A stretch of DNA of 64,000 bases, taken from the IMG/VR virus record IMGVR_UViG_3300008262_000008. The stretch is one strand, 5' to 3'. Position 1 is the stretch's first letter; each line of letters begins with the position of its first letter. The position numbers were made by a program, and so were the translations under genes. This stretch comes from a virus. The notes below the pieces were generated by a model, which saw only the letters and a program-made list of their open reading frames with translations, did not search any database and was not told the origin of the DNA. Below are positions 35,823 to 47,600 of this stretch, piece by piece.

Positions 35823-38800
35823 TTACGTTGCTAAAGCAATACATCTTAAACTTTCAATAATTGGTACAATAGCTTGGTTCTTACTCTTCATAATAATTTT
35901 TACCTGGAAAGCGGTAAATGCATCACCAGAGAAAGTATATTCATAAGATTTGAACTGAACAGTCTCTGTCGGAATCACAGTTTTATCTGGATTGCCAGTA
36001 TTATTAAATAATTTATAACCAATTTGATCTTCTGGAGTAGTAGATCCAGCTGGAATTACTTTATATAATACTTTAATGTCTGCATCTGGATGTCTCCAAG
36101 CATCAAACATTACCTTGAGAGATTTAGATTGAATTGTCAATCTTGCCAATCTAGTAATATATATGGCTGCATTTGGATCACCAACTGCAAGAGTTGCGGT
36201 TGAATCAGTCGTTAAATTATTAATTCTATTAGAAGTTGTAATACAACTTAGTCTATCTAAGTCAATAATTGGAGATAGATATTCACTCTCAGATTGCATA
36301 ATTGTTTGAATTAACAATGACTTAGCACCATTATTTCTTGCGTTTTCATTAACTTTTGATGCAATCAAGTATTGCTTATCCAAATAATTTGAAGTATTTA
36401 ATTCTACATCAAATAATGTTCCGTCATTAACAAAAGAATTTGTTAGAACAGTTACTCCGTCATTAATTGAAGTACCAGTGACAGCATTTAATCTAGATGA
36501 AATAGTTGTCTTTGGTACAATTGCTGTCTGAATTTGAGGTGTTATTACTTCAAATGGTACGTTTTGAGTTGCATAAATTTGTGTGGAACCTCCAGTAATG
36601 CCATTAATACCTACTGAATTTGTAACTAAATCATAAGAATCTAAAGTTGGAGCACTAATTTCAGTGTGTGTTTTATTAATCTCTGTTAGTGGAATACCAT
36701 CTAAATTATAACACTCAACTACAGTTCCTTGTTCATGTGCAACAGCAATTGTATTTGCAGCTGCTCTACCTCCAGTCTTAATTGTGATTGTTGTGCCATC
36801 AGCACTAATAGCAGAATATTGTAAAATTTCATTTTCAATTTTAATATATCCTGGATTACTTTCACTGATAGATAATCCAGCAACTGTTTTGTGGAATGCA
36901 CTTGCATCAACTACAGACAAAGTAGTATCAGTTGAACTAATACCAGTTTTTAATGAAGTTGGTGAAATTTCGGAAATCGCTCCAGAAATGGTCACATTAT
37001 TTAAAGTATCATGCATACCATGATTGCTATGTGCTATAGTAATTTTCCTACTATATGCTGGATAAGATGGAGCGACGCTAACATAAGCCGTTCTAGTATC
37101 ACCAGCATATGTTGGTGTTCCACTAATTGTTCCTGATGCAGCGGATGGTGACGCCTGACTAATAGTTTCAGATGCAGTCCAAGTTGCATTAGTTGCAGTG
37201 CTATTTGCTCCCAAATATCTAACAACAAGTGTTCTTGTTCCTGCTGTCCAAGATACAACTTCAGCAATCAATCCACTTGTACCACCAGTTATTGTAGCCC
37301 CAGCAACAAAAGTTCCTGTTAAACCAGCAGAATTCAATACTATAGTAGATGTTGCAGAACTACTACGAATTGCATACGTTAATGGTGATCCAGTACCTTG
37401 GTTAAATGCCCCAACAATATCAGTTACTACTAATTGATTTGGTGTTGTAGTATTATTAAATTCTTTAATGGTTGCTTGAGCAGCAGCATTACCAACTTGC
37501 CTAATTGTAGCACCAGGAGTAAATGTTAAACCTGTAGTATTCAATACTAAAATTTGTTCTGGTTTATAGGTCTTAATTGCATTCTCTTTAAGATTGAGAA
37601 TTTGATTGTTGCCAATTCCAAGTTCTGCATTATTAAAGATTGCCGTTCCTTGTGATTTTGTAAATTTAGCTCTATAGATATTAAACTTCAAGTCTTCATA
37701 TTGATCAGCAGTCCACGTTGTTGCGTTCTGAGATTTAAATAGAACACCAGCATATGGCTGTTCAGAAATAGTTCTACTACCACTGATATCGATATCTCCC
37801 ATTCTAGAAATCCATACTCTATATTCATTACTATCAGATAACAATACTAAAGAATATTCTACCCCTTTTTGCAAATAAATTGGAGCTTTAAATCTGAAAG
37901 TAGTTGCTAGGGAAGCATTTTCAGAAATTTGAACATCTGATGGATAAATGGTAACATCGGAGAATGGTAAAATTTTATTGGATGGATAACCATTTACCAT
38001 GGTACGAATTTGGCAACTGATAGGAATATTATTATCTCTAGTTGCAAAATATATTTCTGCTTTAGTTACATATACTCCATCATCTTTATCTACTAGGAAT
38101 GATTGTGCTAATGGATCATACCATCCAATTTGTCTAACTTCAGTTCTCGTTGATGTGATAGTTCTTGTATCAGTTACTGTATCCCTGACAATATCAGCAT
38201 TTCTAACAGCAAGAATATTTTCTTGTACCGTATCTAAAGTTCCAGAAGCACTATAAGTTGTATCTGCGGAAGAATCTACAGTTCCAGGAACGTAACTATT
38301 AACTGAACTTGTTGTAAATCTGAGAGCTCTAGTTCCCGTTGGCCATCTTGGATTAGTATCTACAGATGGACTTGGAATAAAGAAAGTTCCATATAATGTC
38401 CCCTTTCTATCACTAATTAATCTTCTATCCTTTACAACTGCTTTAGCACCAGAGGAACCTTGTAAAATTTCACCTACTTTAATATTTCCATAGAAGTTTG
38501 CATTGACTTGAGTTGCCATTGCTTCAGTATCAATATTTAAATATGCAGTTTGAGATGAATATGTTGAAGGCAATGTACTATCATCATAAGGACTATATAC
38601 ATAACCATCATTTGGTGCCACAACTTTTAATTTTACTCCACTAGATAATCCAGTTACAGTCTCACCAATACTAAATGGAATATCATTTGTTCTTGGATCG
38701 GTTGCAGCATTTTTAATTAATTCAATTAATTTAGGAGTGCAATATTGTTCGATTGAATTTTCATCAAAGAACCCATAAACTCTCGTTTTTGGCTTCAATC

Positions 38801-41800
38801 TTTCTACTTCAAATTTAATATTTCTAGAGCGAATATATGGAATTGTTGTTCTAGAAACTAATGAATCTCCTAAACTCTTATTGTCAATTCTAGGTACAAC
38901 TTTTGTTCTTACTCCAGTTCTAGCTTGATTTGTAGTTATAGTAAAATCTCTTCTTTCATGCACATATGCGAACCATCCTGTAGGACCTAACCATCTACCT
39001 CCACCTAAATTTGTATGCGATATATATGTGCTTGTACCAGTTTGCTTTTCACCAGTCCAAGTTGTTTCCCAAGCATTCCATTCAATAGGTGCAAATCCAT
39101 TTTGATCAGTATTTAAATTTCTAGATACTGACGAAAAATCTCCTTCAACATTTTCAATTCTTGCAGGAAGTCTCTTAGTTTCAATCCAATCATCACTTGA
39201 TGGAGTTAGATCAATTCTTCCAATATATGCAAATACGTTAAATGGGTTTACATTCTCCTGTCTTGATGCATATGGTTGTTTAATTAATAATTCATCAGTA
39301 AATGGTAAACTTAAAATTGGCCCACTCTTTTGAATATTTGTAGATAATGCACTATTATACTCTAGAGGAACATTTGTGGTATAATGTGAAGGTCTAAGTT
39401 GTCCATTTTTAAAATCTAAGGATGCTTTATATTCTGTACTATTGACATCTCCGATATTATGAGAAGTAAAATCATCAACTACATATCCATTTTTTAATTT
39501 ATCGTTGTTGTCATCATCAGTAATTCTCATTGAGTTAGTATCTGCTTCAAGCAAACTCAATGAAGTGTAATATTCTACTTGATTTAATCTTCTTTCAATA
39601 GTTCCAATATCTCGCATTGTATAGCGACGATTATCTTCTTTTTTGAAAATTACATCTCTTTCAGGATCAAATCCATATGGTTTATGGATAAGAATTCCCA
39701 ACAACATGGCATTATTAAGTACATCAGGAACATTTGGATTTTCTGCTGATTTTCCTAATACTGGTTTAAATTCCCCCTCAGAAGTTAGATATAATCTATC
39801 AATTCTAGAGAGATAATAACTATAATCACAACGGAAATCAGTATCAGGTTTTGGAATATCAAATACTGTTGCTTTTGGATCTGCACTAGTTTGGAACAAT
39901 CTAGAAGCAAAATCTAGAGACGAACAATTTACAAAAAATGGACTAGCAATTGTTCCTGCACCACCAACATCTCTTAATGGCTTAACTGCAGGTCTAAAAT
40001 CTAAAACATCCCTAAGTTTTTTATCATTAAATTCTGGAATATCTGCATAGTCTAAACCAACATATGACTGAGCACTAAAATAATCACCACTACTTTCATG
40101 AGAGAAATAATCAAATACTACTAATAATTGTCTAACTGGCGCAGGGGCATTACTAAATCTTCTGATTTTACTAATGTTATAGAAGAAACCATTTTGATTT
40201 GGATCTAATTCATAATATGAAGTAATATTTTTACTTCCTGCATCAATTGAACCATCTGCATCACTCAATAATGCTGAGATATTTTCTCCATTTAGATTAA
40301 CACCAGTGATCGTTTCTCCAAGATTAAAAGAAGTATTATTTAATGGAATATAACTCAATTTTAATGTGGATGAATTGAAATCCACTACTCTTGCTCTGGC
40401 ACCAGAAACCGTACCATTAATAATACTACCAGTTGCAAAGAATGTACTTTCAACTAAGATACAAGAAGGAACTCTGGGTACAGCATCATCGGTAGATTCA
40501 TAGACTGCATGTAATTTATATACATCAGGTATACCTAAACTAATTTCATAGTCTTGAATTCTAGTTCCATAAAGATTACTATATGATAATCCATATTTTG
40601 CAGCATCAGTATTAATATAATTAAATGTAGTCTTTGTTACTTTAAAGACTGTCATTTTAATTGAGTTCTTAATTTTTCTATTCAGAACATTTTTTGAAAC
40701 TGCAGCAGTAAGTCTTACAACAGTAGCATTAGCTAATCCAGTTACAGTGATTGTAGAACGTGGAGTACCTGAAGTATTGAAAGTTGTATTTCCAACGGTG
40801 AGATCAATAGTATCTCCAACTGCATAAGTACCAGCTCCACTAATAGCAGTAACAGTTAAGGCATGATTACTTCTACCCAAAGGTTCAAATTGCTCATTTT
40901 CAGATAGTGAGGTTGCAAAAGACTGACTGACTACGGAAATATTATCAATAGTTCTTCTTACAATCATTGATTCATCACTAATTGATCTTACTGCCTGCTT
41001 TGGCATATCAGTAATTAAGTCACCATTTTCTTTTGCAACAAATAAATATGGTCTTGCCCTCCTTGGAGTAAATGCTGTTCCATTAGTAATTCCACTAGTT
41101 GCTTCATATGAAGCTGTTTGGGGAACAGTAGTATACGCAAAAACAGTTCCAACATTAATTGCAGATTGATTTAATCTAGTGACTCTAGCATATGCAGAAG
41201 TTGAAGCTCCATAAACAACATCTCCAGGTCTTAGTTCAACAGCAAAATTACTTCCAGTTCCACCTTGTATTCTAGTAGTTCCTGTATTAATTGTATAATC
41301 AGTACCACTTAAACGTTGAATATCATTTAATACTAAATCAGCAGTCATAATAATAGTAGATGACTGATTTTTACATACTACTTGCTTAGAATCAGTCAAT
41401 TGGTAATTAAATACACCATTACTAGCAGCAATAGTTCCAACAACTCTACCATCAACTTCAAGAACTTCACCACTTACAAAGTTTCCTGAAACTTGATATA
41501 ATTTTATAAGAGTTGATGCACTAACTGCACTTTCAACAAATCCAGTTGCTTTTGAAGTTCTTCCAACAACTTGAGATCCTAAAGCAATGGTACATGCAGC
41601 TTGCGTATTAATAATAGTAAACATTGCTGCATCCATAATATACAGTTTCCAAACTGTGCTAGGATCATTAAATGTAGATGCAGTTGAATCATATTCAATG
41701 GAAACCGCTCTGGCATATCCGATTAAATTACCAGCAGCATTTCCTTTAGTTACAGTTCCAAGATCTCGTAATTCAATAACGTTATAACTATTCGTTGTAA

Positions 41801-43037
41801 TTCCAGTTCCTGTTATTTGTGGAGAACCCCAAAGATTATTAATCTTAAAGTAATTACCTAATTCGAAAGGAACAATACCATTTTGAATACTATTATAATC
41901 TCTTGGTTTTAATAAATCAATATATTTTGGTATTAATGTTTCGGTCCTATAACCTCTAACATATCCTACTCCAGGTCCAACTTCAATCGCATACAAATCA
42001 TCACTTGGAATGGCTTCCTGTGATGTTTTTTGATTGGAAGTAAATACGCCATCATTAAACCCATCATTTAAACTTTCTCTAACTCTAACATCAAAATCAT
42101 TTACTACATAATCGCCACTTTCTTCATAGGTTCTTAATGCAATGGTTTTTTCAATTTCACTATATGCTGTTTTGTCTACAAACTGTTCTACTTTAGCTTG
42201 ATTAAGTCTTAGTAGTTCGATGAAATTTTGATCCGCATCGTCATCAACTATTTTTTTGACTAAAGTAGTTTTAAGTTTTAATCTATGTGCCCCTGGTGCA
42301 GAATAATTTGAAGTTCCTACTGAATTATCATTTAAAGATGCATCATCCTCAGAAGTAATAATTGATTCAGAAATTTCAAGACCAATTCTATATGTTGGAT
42401 TATTATCATACTGATCTAGAATGATATATTCACTTGGAACATCAACTAAAAATCCCCTAATAAAATAAACGCCCTGATTAATATATGCTGCTGATCCAAC
42501 TCCTAATGCGTTAGTTGGAATTAATTGTGCAAAAGGACTTCCTGCCTCAATTAAATTAGATGAGAATGTAATATCAGATTCGCAAACTAATTGTTCATTT
42601 TCTAAAAATGATTTTCTATCTCTATTTGTATCTCCAGATTCTAAATATTTTACATAAAATGTAATAAAATCTCTTTCGGATGTATCTGCATCAATACTAA
42701 AAAGAACTTTAGCTTTAACCCCACTAGTTACACCACTAATAGTTTTTCCATGTAAAGATTCTCTATACGCCTCAATAGATGAACCTAAAAATGTTGGCTG
42801 TACTAAAATGCAATTTAAGTCGAGGTCATATCCAACTTGACCAGGAATAACCATTGCACCTTCTTTAAAGAAGTGCTGCCCCATGTTTTCGATCTGATTT
42901 TGTAAGATCGATTGCATAGTTGTAAGTTCTCTAGCCTGAATAGGATATCCTGGCCTAAAGAGAACTTTATAGTAGTTCTTGGCAGCATCAAAATCGTCAT
43001 AATATGGGTTTACGTTCAGATTAGTATTCTGTGGCAT
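35823..43037 (-). CDS. Large virion structural protein (DUF4815/VrlC-like), 2404 aa
   Basis: MPQNTNLNVNPYYDDFD...YKVLFRPGYPIQARELTTMQS N-terminus; GYVVDDFTSH, WYDPLAQSFLV, WTADQYEDLKF motifs; downstream of gp8. Confidence 0.85.
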   Translation of the reverse strand: MPQNTNLNVNPYYDDFDAAKNYYKVLFRPGYPIQARELTTMQSILQNQIENMGQHFFKEGAMVIPGQVGYDLDLNCILVQPTFLGSSIEAYRESLHGKTISGVTSGVKAKVLFSIDADTSERDFITFYVKYLESGDTNRDRKSFLENEQLVCESDITFSSNLIEAGSPFAQLIPTNALGVGSAAYINQGVYFIRGFLVDVPSEYIILDQYDNNPTYRIGLEISESIITSEDDASLNDNSVGTSNYSAPGAHRLKLKTTLVKKIVDDDADQNFIELLRLNQAKVEQFVDKTAYSEIEKTIALRTYEESGDYVVNDFDVRVRESLNDGFNDGVFTSNQKTSQEAIPSDDLYAIEVGPGVGYVRGYRTETLIPKYIDLLKPRDYNSIQNGIVPFELGNYFKINNLWGSPQITGTGITTNSYNVIELRDLGTVTKGNAAGNLIGYARAVSIEYDSTASTFNDPSTVWKLYIMDAAMFTIINTQAACTIALGSQVVGRTSKATGFVESAVSASTLIKLYQVSGNFVSGEVLEVDGRVVGTIAASNGVFNYQLTDSKQVVCKNQSSTIIMTADLVLNDIQRLSGTDYTINTGTTRIQGGTGSNFAVELRPGDVVYGASTSAYARVTRLNQSAINVGTVFAYTTVPQTASYEATSGITNGTAFTPRRARPYLFVAKENGDLITDMPKQAVRSISDESMIVRRTIDNISVVSQSFATSLSENEQFEPLGRSNHALTVTAISGAGTYAVGDTIDLTVGNTTFNTSGTPRSTITVTGLANATVVRLTAAVSKNVLNRKIKNSIKMTVFKVTKTTFNYINTDAAKYGLSYSNLYGTRIQDYEISLGIPDVYKLHAVYESTDDAVPRVPSCILVESTFFATGSIINGTVSGARARVVDFNSSTLKLSYIPLNNTSFNLGETITGVNLNGENISALLSDADGSIDAGSKNITSYYELDPNQNGFFYNISKIRRFSNAPAPVRQLLVVFDYFSHESSGDYFSAQSYVGLDYADIPEFNDKKLRDVLDFRPAVKPLRDVGGAGTIASPFFVNCSSLDFASRLFQTSADPKATVFDIPKPDTDFRCDYSYYLSRIDRLYLTSEGEFKPVLGKSAENPNVPDVLNNAMLLGILIHKPYGFDPERDVIFKKEDNRRYTMRDIGTIERRLNQVEYYTSLSLLEADTNSMRITDDDNNDKLKNGYVVDDFTSHNIGDVNSTEYKASLDFKNGQLRPSHYTTNVPLEYNSALSTNIQKSGPILSLPFTDELLIKQPYASRQENVNPFNVFAYIGRIDLTPSSDDWIETKRLPARIENVEGDFSSVSRNLNTDQNGFAPIEWNAWETTWTGEKQTGTSTYISHTNLGGGRWLGPTGWFAYVHERRDFTITTNQARTGVRTKVVPRIDNKSLGDSLVSRTTIPYIRSRNIKFEVERLKPKTRVYGFFDENSIEQYCTPKLIELIKNAATDPRTNDIPFSIGETVTGLSSGVKLKVVAPNDGYVYSPYDDSTLPSTYSSQTAYLNIDTEAMATQVNANFYGNIKVGEILQGSSGAKAVVKDRRLISDRKGTLYGTFFIPSPSVDTNPRWPTGTRALRFTTSSVNSYVPGTVDSSADTTYSASGTLDTVQENILAVRNADIVRDTVTDTRTITSTRTEVRQIGWYDPLAQSFLVDKDDGVYVTKAEIYFATRDNNIPISCQIRTMVNGYPSNKILPFSDVTIYPSDVQISENASLATTFRFKAPIYLQKGVEYSLVLLSDSNEYRVWISRMGDIDISGSRTISEQPYAGVLFKSQNATTWTADQYEDLKFNIYRAKFTKSQGTAIFNNAELGIGNNQILNLKENAIKTYKPEQILVLNTTGLTFTPGATIRQVGNAAAQATIKEFNNTTTPNQLVVTDIVGAFNQGTGSPLTYAIRSSSATSTIVLNSAGLTGTFVAGATITGGTSGLIAEVVSWTAGTRTLVVRYLGANSTATNATWTASETISQASPSAASGTISGTPTYAGDTRTAYVSVAPSYPAYSRKITIAHSNHGMHDTLNNVTISGAISEISPTSLKTGISSTDTTLSVVDASAFHKTVAGLSISESNPGYIKIENEILQYSAISADGTTITIKTGGRAAANTIAVAHEQGTVVECYNLDGIPLTEINKTHTEISAPTLDSYDLVTNSVGINGITGGSTQIYATQNVPFEVITPQIQTAIVPKTTISSRLNAVTGTSINDGVTVLTNSFVNDGTLFDVELNTSNYLDKQYLIASKVNENARNNGAKSLLIQTIMQSESEYLSPIIDLDRLSCITTSNRINNLTTDSTATLAVGDPNAAIYITRLARLTIQSKSLKVMFDAWRHPDADIKVLYKVIPAGSTTPEDQIGYKLFNNTGNPDKTVIPTETVQFKSYEYTFSGDAFTAFQVKIIMKSKNQAIVPIIESLRCIALAT

Positions 43038-43055
43038 TTTGTTAATATCCTACTA

Positions 43056-44588
43056 TTAAAATTCTACAACAACCTTAATGTCTTCGATCTGGTCGTTTGC
43101 CCTGGTAATTGACTTTCTATTATCTATATAGAGAACTTGTGCCGAATTTTTCTTTAATTCAGGCGATGAATATCCAGAAGTGAAACGGGATCCTAGATCA
43201 TAATCAGTATTATTAATTGTTCTCACAGAAGTGTTTTGTCCAAACTGTACATCTGGAGATGCACTAGCACCAGAAGTTAATCCCACAATTGGATTACTTC
43301 CTGTAAATAATGATAAACTACCAGAAATTTCAGGATAAATACCATCAACTTTATTTTGATAGTATCTTAATACTTTTGTTACTGGGTTCCATGAAACAAC
43401 TTTTCCTCTTGAAGTAATGGTTTGTCCACCAACTGTTCTTTGTTGCTGGATAGTTTCGTCTGGTTGGTAATTATTTTGAAAAGTTGGCGAGAAGATAACA
43501 GCGTAAGTTCCTGATAAAGTTAAATCTTCAGTTAATTCTTCAGTATTATATTTTTTTGGATTGATAATTAATCCAATTCTACGATAATCGTTATCAATTG
43601 GAAAGTCTCCAGACCCTTCAGAATATGATAATTTGGTATTTACCATAACTCTATATCCACCAAGTTCAATATCTGCCTGAGCACCATGTCCACCAACAGG
43701 AGGAATAATTACATCAATTTGTCCTCCTGTTCCAGTACCAATACCAGCAATATTTGTAGAATCTACGGTAATTCTTCCAAAGGAATAACCTGTTCCCCCA
43801 GATGTTACTGTAGCTGAGAAGATTTTACCTCCATCGATTGTAATTGAAACTCTACCTCCAGTACCGTCTCCATTAATAGGTACGTTCTCATAAGTTCCAT
43901 TATTATAACCAGCACCAGCAGAAGTAATAACTACAGTATCAATTTCTCCACCAACTGCGTTACTAGAAACCACAGTATCATTAATTACAGGCATGTAATC
44001 ATTTGAGAAAAACTTTAGAACCGATGAAACAGGAATAGTATACATATACTTCCAACGATAACCATCAGAGGTTGAAATAACTGAAGTTGACGTTCCTGTT
44101 GGTTCTACAGTTGAAGGTTTTCCATTTGGATCCGATGGAGAAGTTCCATTGAAAATGCACTTATAAACTTGATATGAAGAGTTGACTACATAAAAATCAG
44201 ATTCATACAATCTTACAGCACCTGAGGATGCTGTTTTAGTTGGAGAATAATCATGTCTATACATATCATATGTGTATCCCAATCCACCTGTAGTTTTTTC
44301 AGGAGGAACCCATTCAATTCTTCTTACAACTTGAATAACATCTGATGAAAGAACTCTTTTTAGAGAGATCATATCATCATAGATATCAGTAAATTCTGAA
44401 AAACTATCAATAGCTGCAGGAGGCGTATTTTCATTATCCCATGGTTGAGGTCTTCCAATAAAGAAATATAATCTATCTCTAGTTGAACCTGCATCTAAAT
44501 CGCTTTGAGATGCAACTGGTCCCTCTAAAGCTTTGATGAATTTCTTTGCAGAAAATATCCTAAATTGATCAGTTAATAGTGCTGACAT
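43056..44588 (-). CDS. gp8: Baseplate wedge subunit
   Basis: SALLTDQFRI, YFFIGRPQPW, YDMYRHDY, DGYRWKYMYTI, LYIDNRKSITRANDQIEDIKVVVEF. Confidence 0.92.
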   Translation of the reverse strand: MSALLTDQFRIFSAKKFIKALEGPVASQSDLDAGSTRDRLYFFIGRPQPWDNENTPPAAIDSFSEFTDIYDDMISLKRVLSSDVIQVVRRIEWVPPEKTTGGLGYTYDMYRHDYSPTKTASSGAVRLYESDFYVVNSSYQVYKCIFNGTSPSDPNGKPSTVEPTGTSTSVISTSDGYRWKYMYTIPVSSVLKFFSNDYMPVINDTVVSSNAVGGEIDTVVITSAGAGYNNGTYENVPINGDGTGGRVSITIDGGKIFSATVTSGGTGYSFGRITVDSTNIAGIGTGTGGQIDVIIPPVGGHGAQADIELGGYRVMVNTKLSYSEGSGDFPIDNDYRRIGLIINPKKYNTEELTEDLTLSGTYAVIFSPTFQNNYQPDETIQQQRTVGGQTITSRGKVVSWNPVTKVLRYYQNKVDGIYPEISGSLSLFTGSNPIVGLTSGASASPDVQFGQNTSVRTINNTDYDLGSRFTSGYSSPELKKNSAQVLYIDNRKSITRANDQIEDIKVVVEF

Positions 44589-44610
44589 TGTTATTCTCGT
44601 TCCTCCATAT

Positions 44611-44618
44611 TATTTATA
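44611..44618 (-). promoter_or_regulatory. Late promoter for gp8
   Basis: Minus strand TATAAATA; GGAGG SD before ATG 44588. Confidence 0.75.
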
Positions 44619-44626
44619 ACTTAAAT

Positions 44627-47600
44627 TTATAGTGTTGGTTGTTCGATTAGTATGGTTTGATATTCAATATCTTTAATTCTGTAAGAAGCTCCAGATAAAT
44701 TACCAGTTATATTTTCTCCACCTAAAATAGCTTGTACAATAGCTCCAGTTCCTGTTGTATCTCCTGGATCAGGAACTACAATAACTTCTGGAGGATTTTC
44801 TGGATCGTATCCATAACCACCATCAACAATTGTTGTTGAAGTTAATTGATCTAAAGTTAAAGATGTTGTAGCTGAAGCTGCAAGAAGACCAGTAGTTTCA
44901 ATATCTAAAGTTGGCGCAATAGTATATTGTTGTCCAAAATCCATAACCCTAATATCTACAATGGTAGAATTTTTAGAGAATGTATATAAAGTTCCTACTA
45001 GTGGATCCCCAGTATCATATGGTTGTGGAGACTTAACACGCAAAATTTTATTTGTACTATCCCAAGAAACGACCTCTGCGGTAATACTTGATTGATCTCC
45101 AGTGATAATTTCACCTTCTATAAAATCGACATCAATTGTATTTTCTCTAGATTTTAGATATATGTCTAAAATTGCGGTATGTTCTATACCTTCATCTAAT
45201 CCACCTGCTTCCAAAATAGATGCAATAACTGGATTTGGGTGACCATCTTTAATTTTATCTTGAGTTGTAAGTAGTGTTAGATTTACACCTCCCGTTGTTT
45301 CTTCAATACCATATAGTGTTCCTGGTTTACCTCCATCTAAACTAGTATCACCATCGTATTCAGTACCAGCATTAAATAAATCAGGAATACCATCAACAAA
45401 TCCATTTACAGGAGTATCCTGAAATGCAAAATTTGATAATACTGAAATTGGATCAGTTAATAATGTAACGAATGATCCTATAGTATCTATTAAAATATGA
45501 GGTTTTTGTGCTGACGTTGTAAAATCTGATTTACCTGCATCAAATTGTACAACTGTGCTTCGTTCACTTGCTCTTCCCGCATCAATAAATGCTAGGTCAT
45601 CTACAATAAAATTAATAAACAATTCACCAGTAGATTGCTTCCAATCGTATACAATTCCCTGCTTAGCACCAGCAATATTAACAGTCCTGATAATTCTATC
45701 ACCAATATTAAAAATTAAATCTTCTGGTCTTTCGAGAACAATTCTCTGATCATATCTAAAATTATCTCCCCTAACACATCCTGATATAGAATAAGTATCT
45801 TTGGTTGTATAAGTAAAAATTTCATTTTCAATATAAAATTTTCCACTACCCGAAAAGGGATCTGTGGGATTAATATAAATTGTAGTATCAGATCTACCAA
45901 CATCTTTAAGTAGACCAGCTAAAAATCTACTGCCAGAATTTAAATATTGTCTATTTCTATTAACTCTTTTTAATCTTGCCTTTCTGGTTAAAACTATTTT
46001 TGGTGCGGTAGTATACCCTTTTCCACCAGAGGTAATATTTACATTCGTTAGTTCTCCATTAGAAACATCAATTGTTGCTTTTGCACCAACACCATTACCA
46101 CCTTCAAAAATAAGATAAGGTGGTATATCATAGTATTCTCCAGGATCTGTAATTTGAATACTAGAAACATATCCAGCATTATCTACATTAATTTTTCCTG
46201 CAGCACCAATTCCACCACCACCTTGTATTATAAGACCAACATCTCCCTCAGTATAATTTTTGCCAGGATTAATAATACTTAAAGAAGTAACACTATTAGT
46301 TGATACAGATGCAGATGCCCCATTTCCTCCAAATCCACTAATATTAACTGTTGTTGGGCCAAAATATTCATCACCTTGAGATACTAATTGAATATAAGAT
46401 ATCGCTCCATCAGAAATATTTGCTATAGCTACTGCTGGAGTAGTTGGATTGCCACCTGAAATTTCTAGTGTTGGTGGAGAAGTATAACCTCCTCCCCTAT
46501 TGATAATTTGTATCTCAACTACTTTTCCAGCTAAAACAACAGCACTTAAAACTGCTCCAACACCGCCGCCCCCGTTCGCAACAACTGTTGGTTCGGACTG
46601 ATATCCAGAACCTTGATCAGTGATAGTTATTGTAGAGATTACTTTATCAGATCGTAAAATAGGTTTAGCATTTGCACCATATCCTTGTGTTGCTGCAGCA
46701 CCTGTACCAACAGGTGTTGATAAAATTTCAACTCTTAATGGATCATAACCTGCGCCACTATTAATTACTTTTACTGCAACAATTTTATCTTTGAATATAA
46801 TTGGTTCTAACACTGCAGGAACACTTGGATTTCCAGCATTCGCAATTCTTAAAATTGGAGGATTACTTACATCATATCCAGAGCCAGCATTTACAACATC
46901 TACACTATCAATTCCATTTTCAGTATTAAATGAAGGAATTAATACTGCTCCACTTCCAGGAGTTAATACTGTGGGATCTTCACCAAGTTCAACTGGCGAT
47001 CCATAGTATGTTGGGCCTATTACATATGGATATGTAGGAGTTGTTAGTGAGTTATTAAATGTTGTAAAATATGCATATGTTCCGTTAGGAAAATCTGGAG
47101 TAACACAATATCTTCCATTATGCTGATCTAAATCACCATATCCCAAAACCCATTCATAATCCTGTACATATTGTCCAGCTTGTCTTATAATTGGTAAAAT
47201 TTGTTGATTTGGTGGAGTAGTATTAATAGGATTAATAATATAATATAAATTGTATGAACTTGTTGTTGGTGCTACTGGAGGAACTTTGAAAAATACTTTT
47301 ATAATGTATTCTCCAGGAGATAATCTTTGAACGATACTTTCATCTTTATCTCCTCCAAAAACCGAGTTTGCGATTGGGAAACCTGTTGAAGTTTGGAGCT
47401 CTAGATCAACATCAATTGCGCCTGGATTTAAATCAAGTGTGATAGAAACTACTGATGTTGAAGATACTATAAATCTATAGAATTTTTCTACTCCATCAAT
47501 ACTACTAATAATACTCTCTTGGAATTCTATTCTTTGATAAGGTAATGGCGTTACAATTGGCAGAGGATTTTTTAATCTATAACTTGTAGATAAAACTTTT

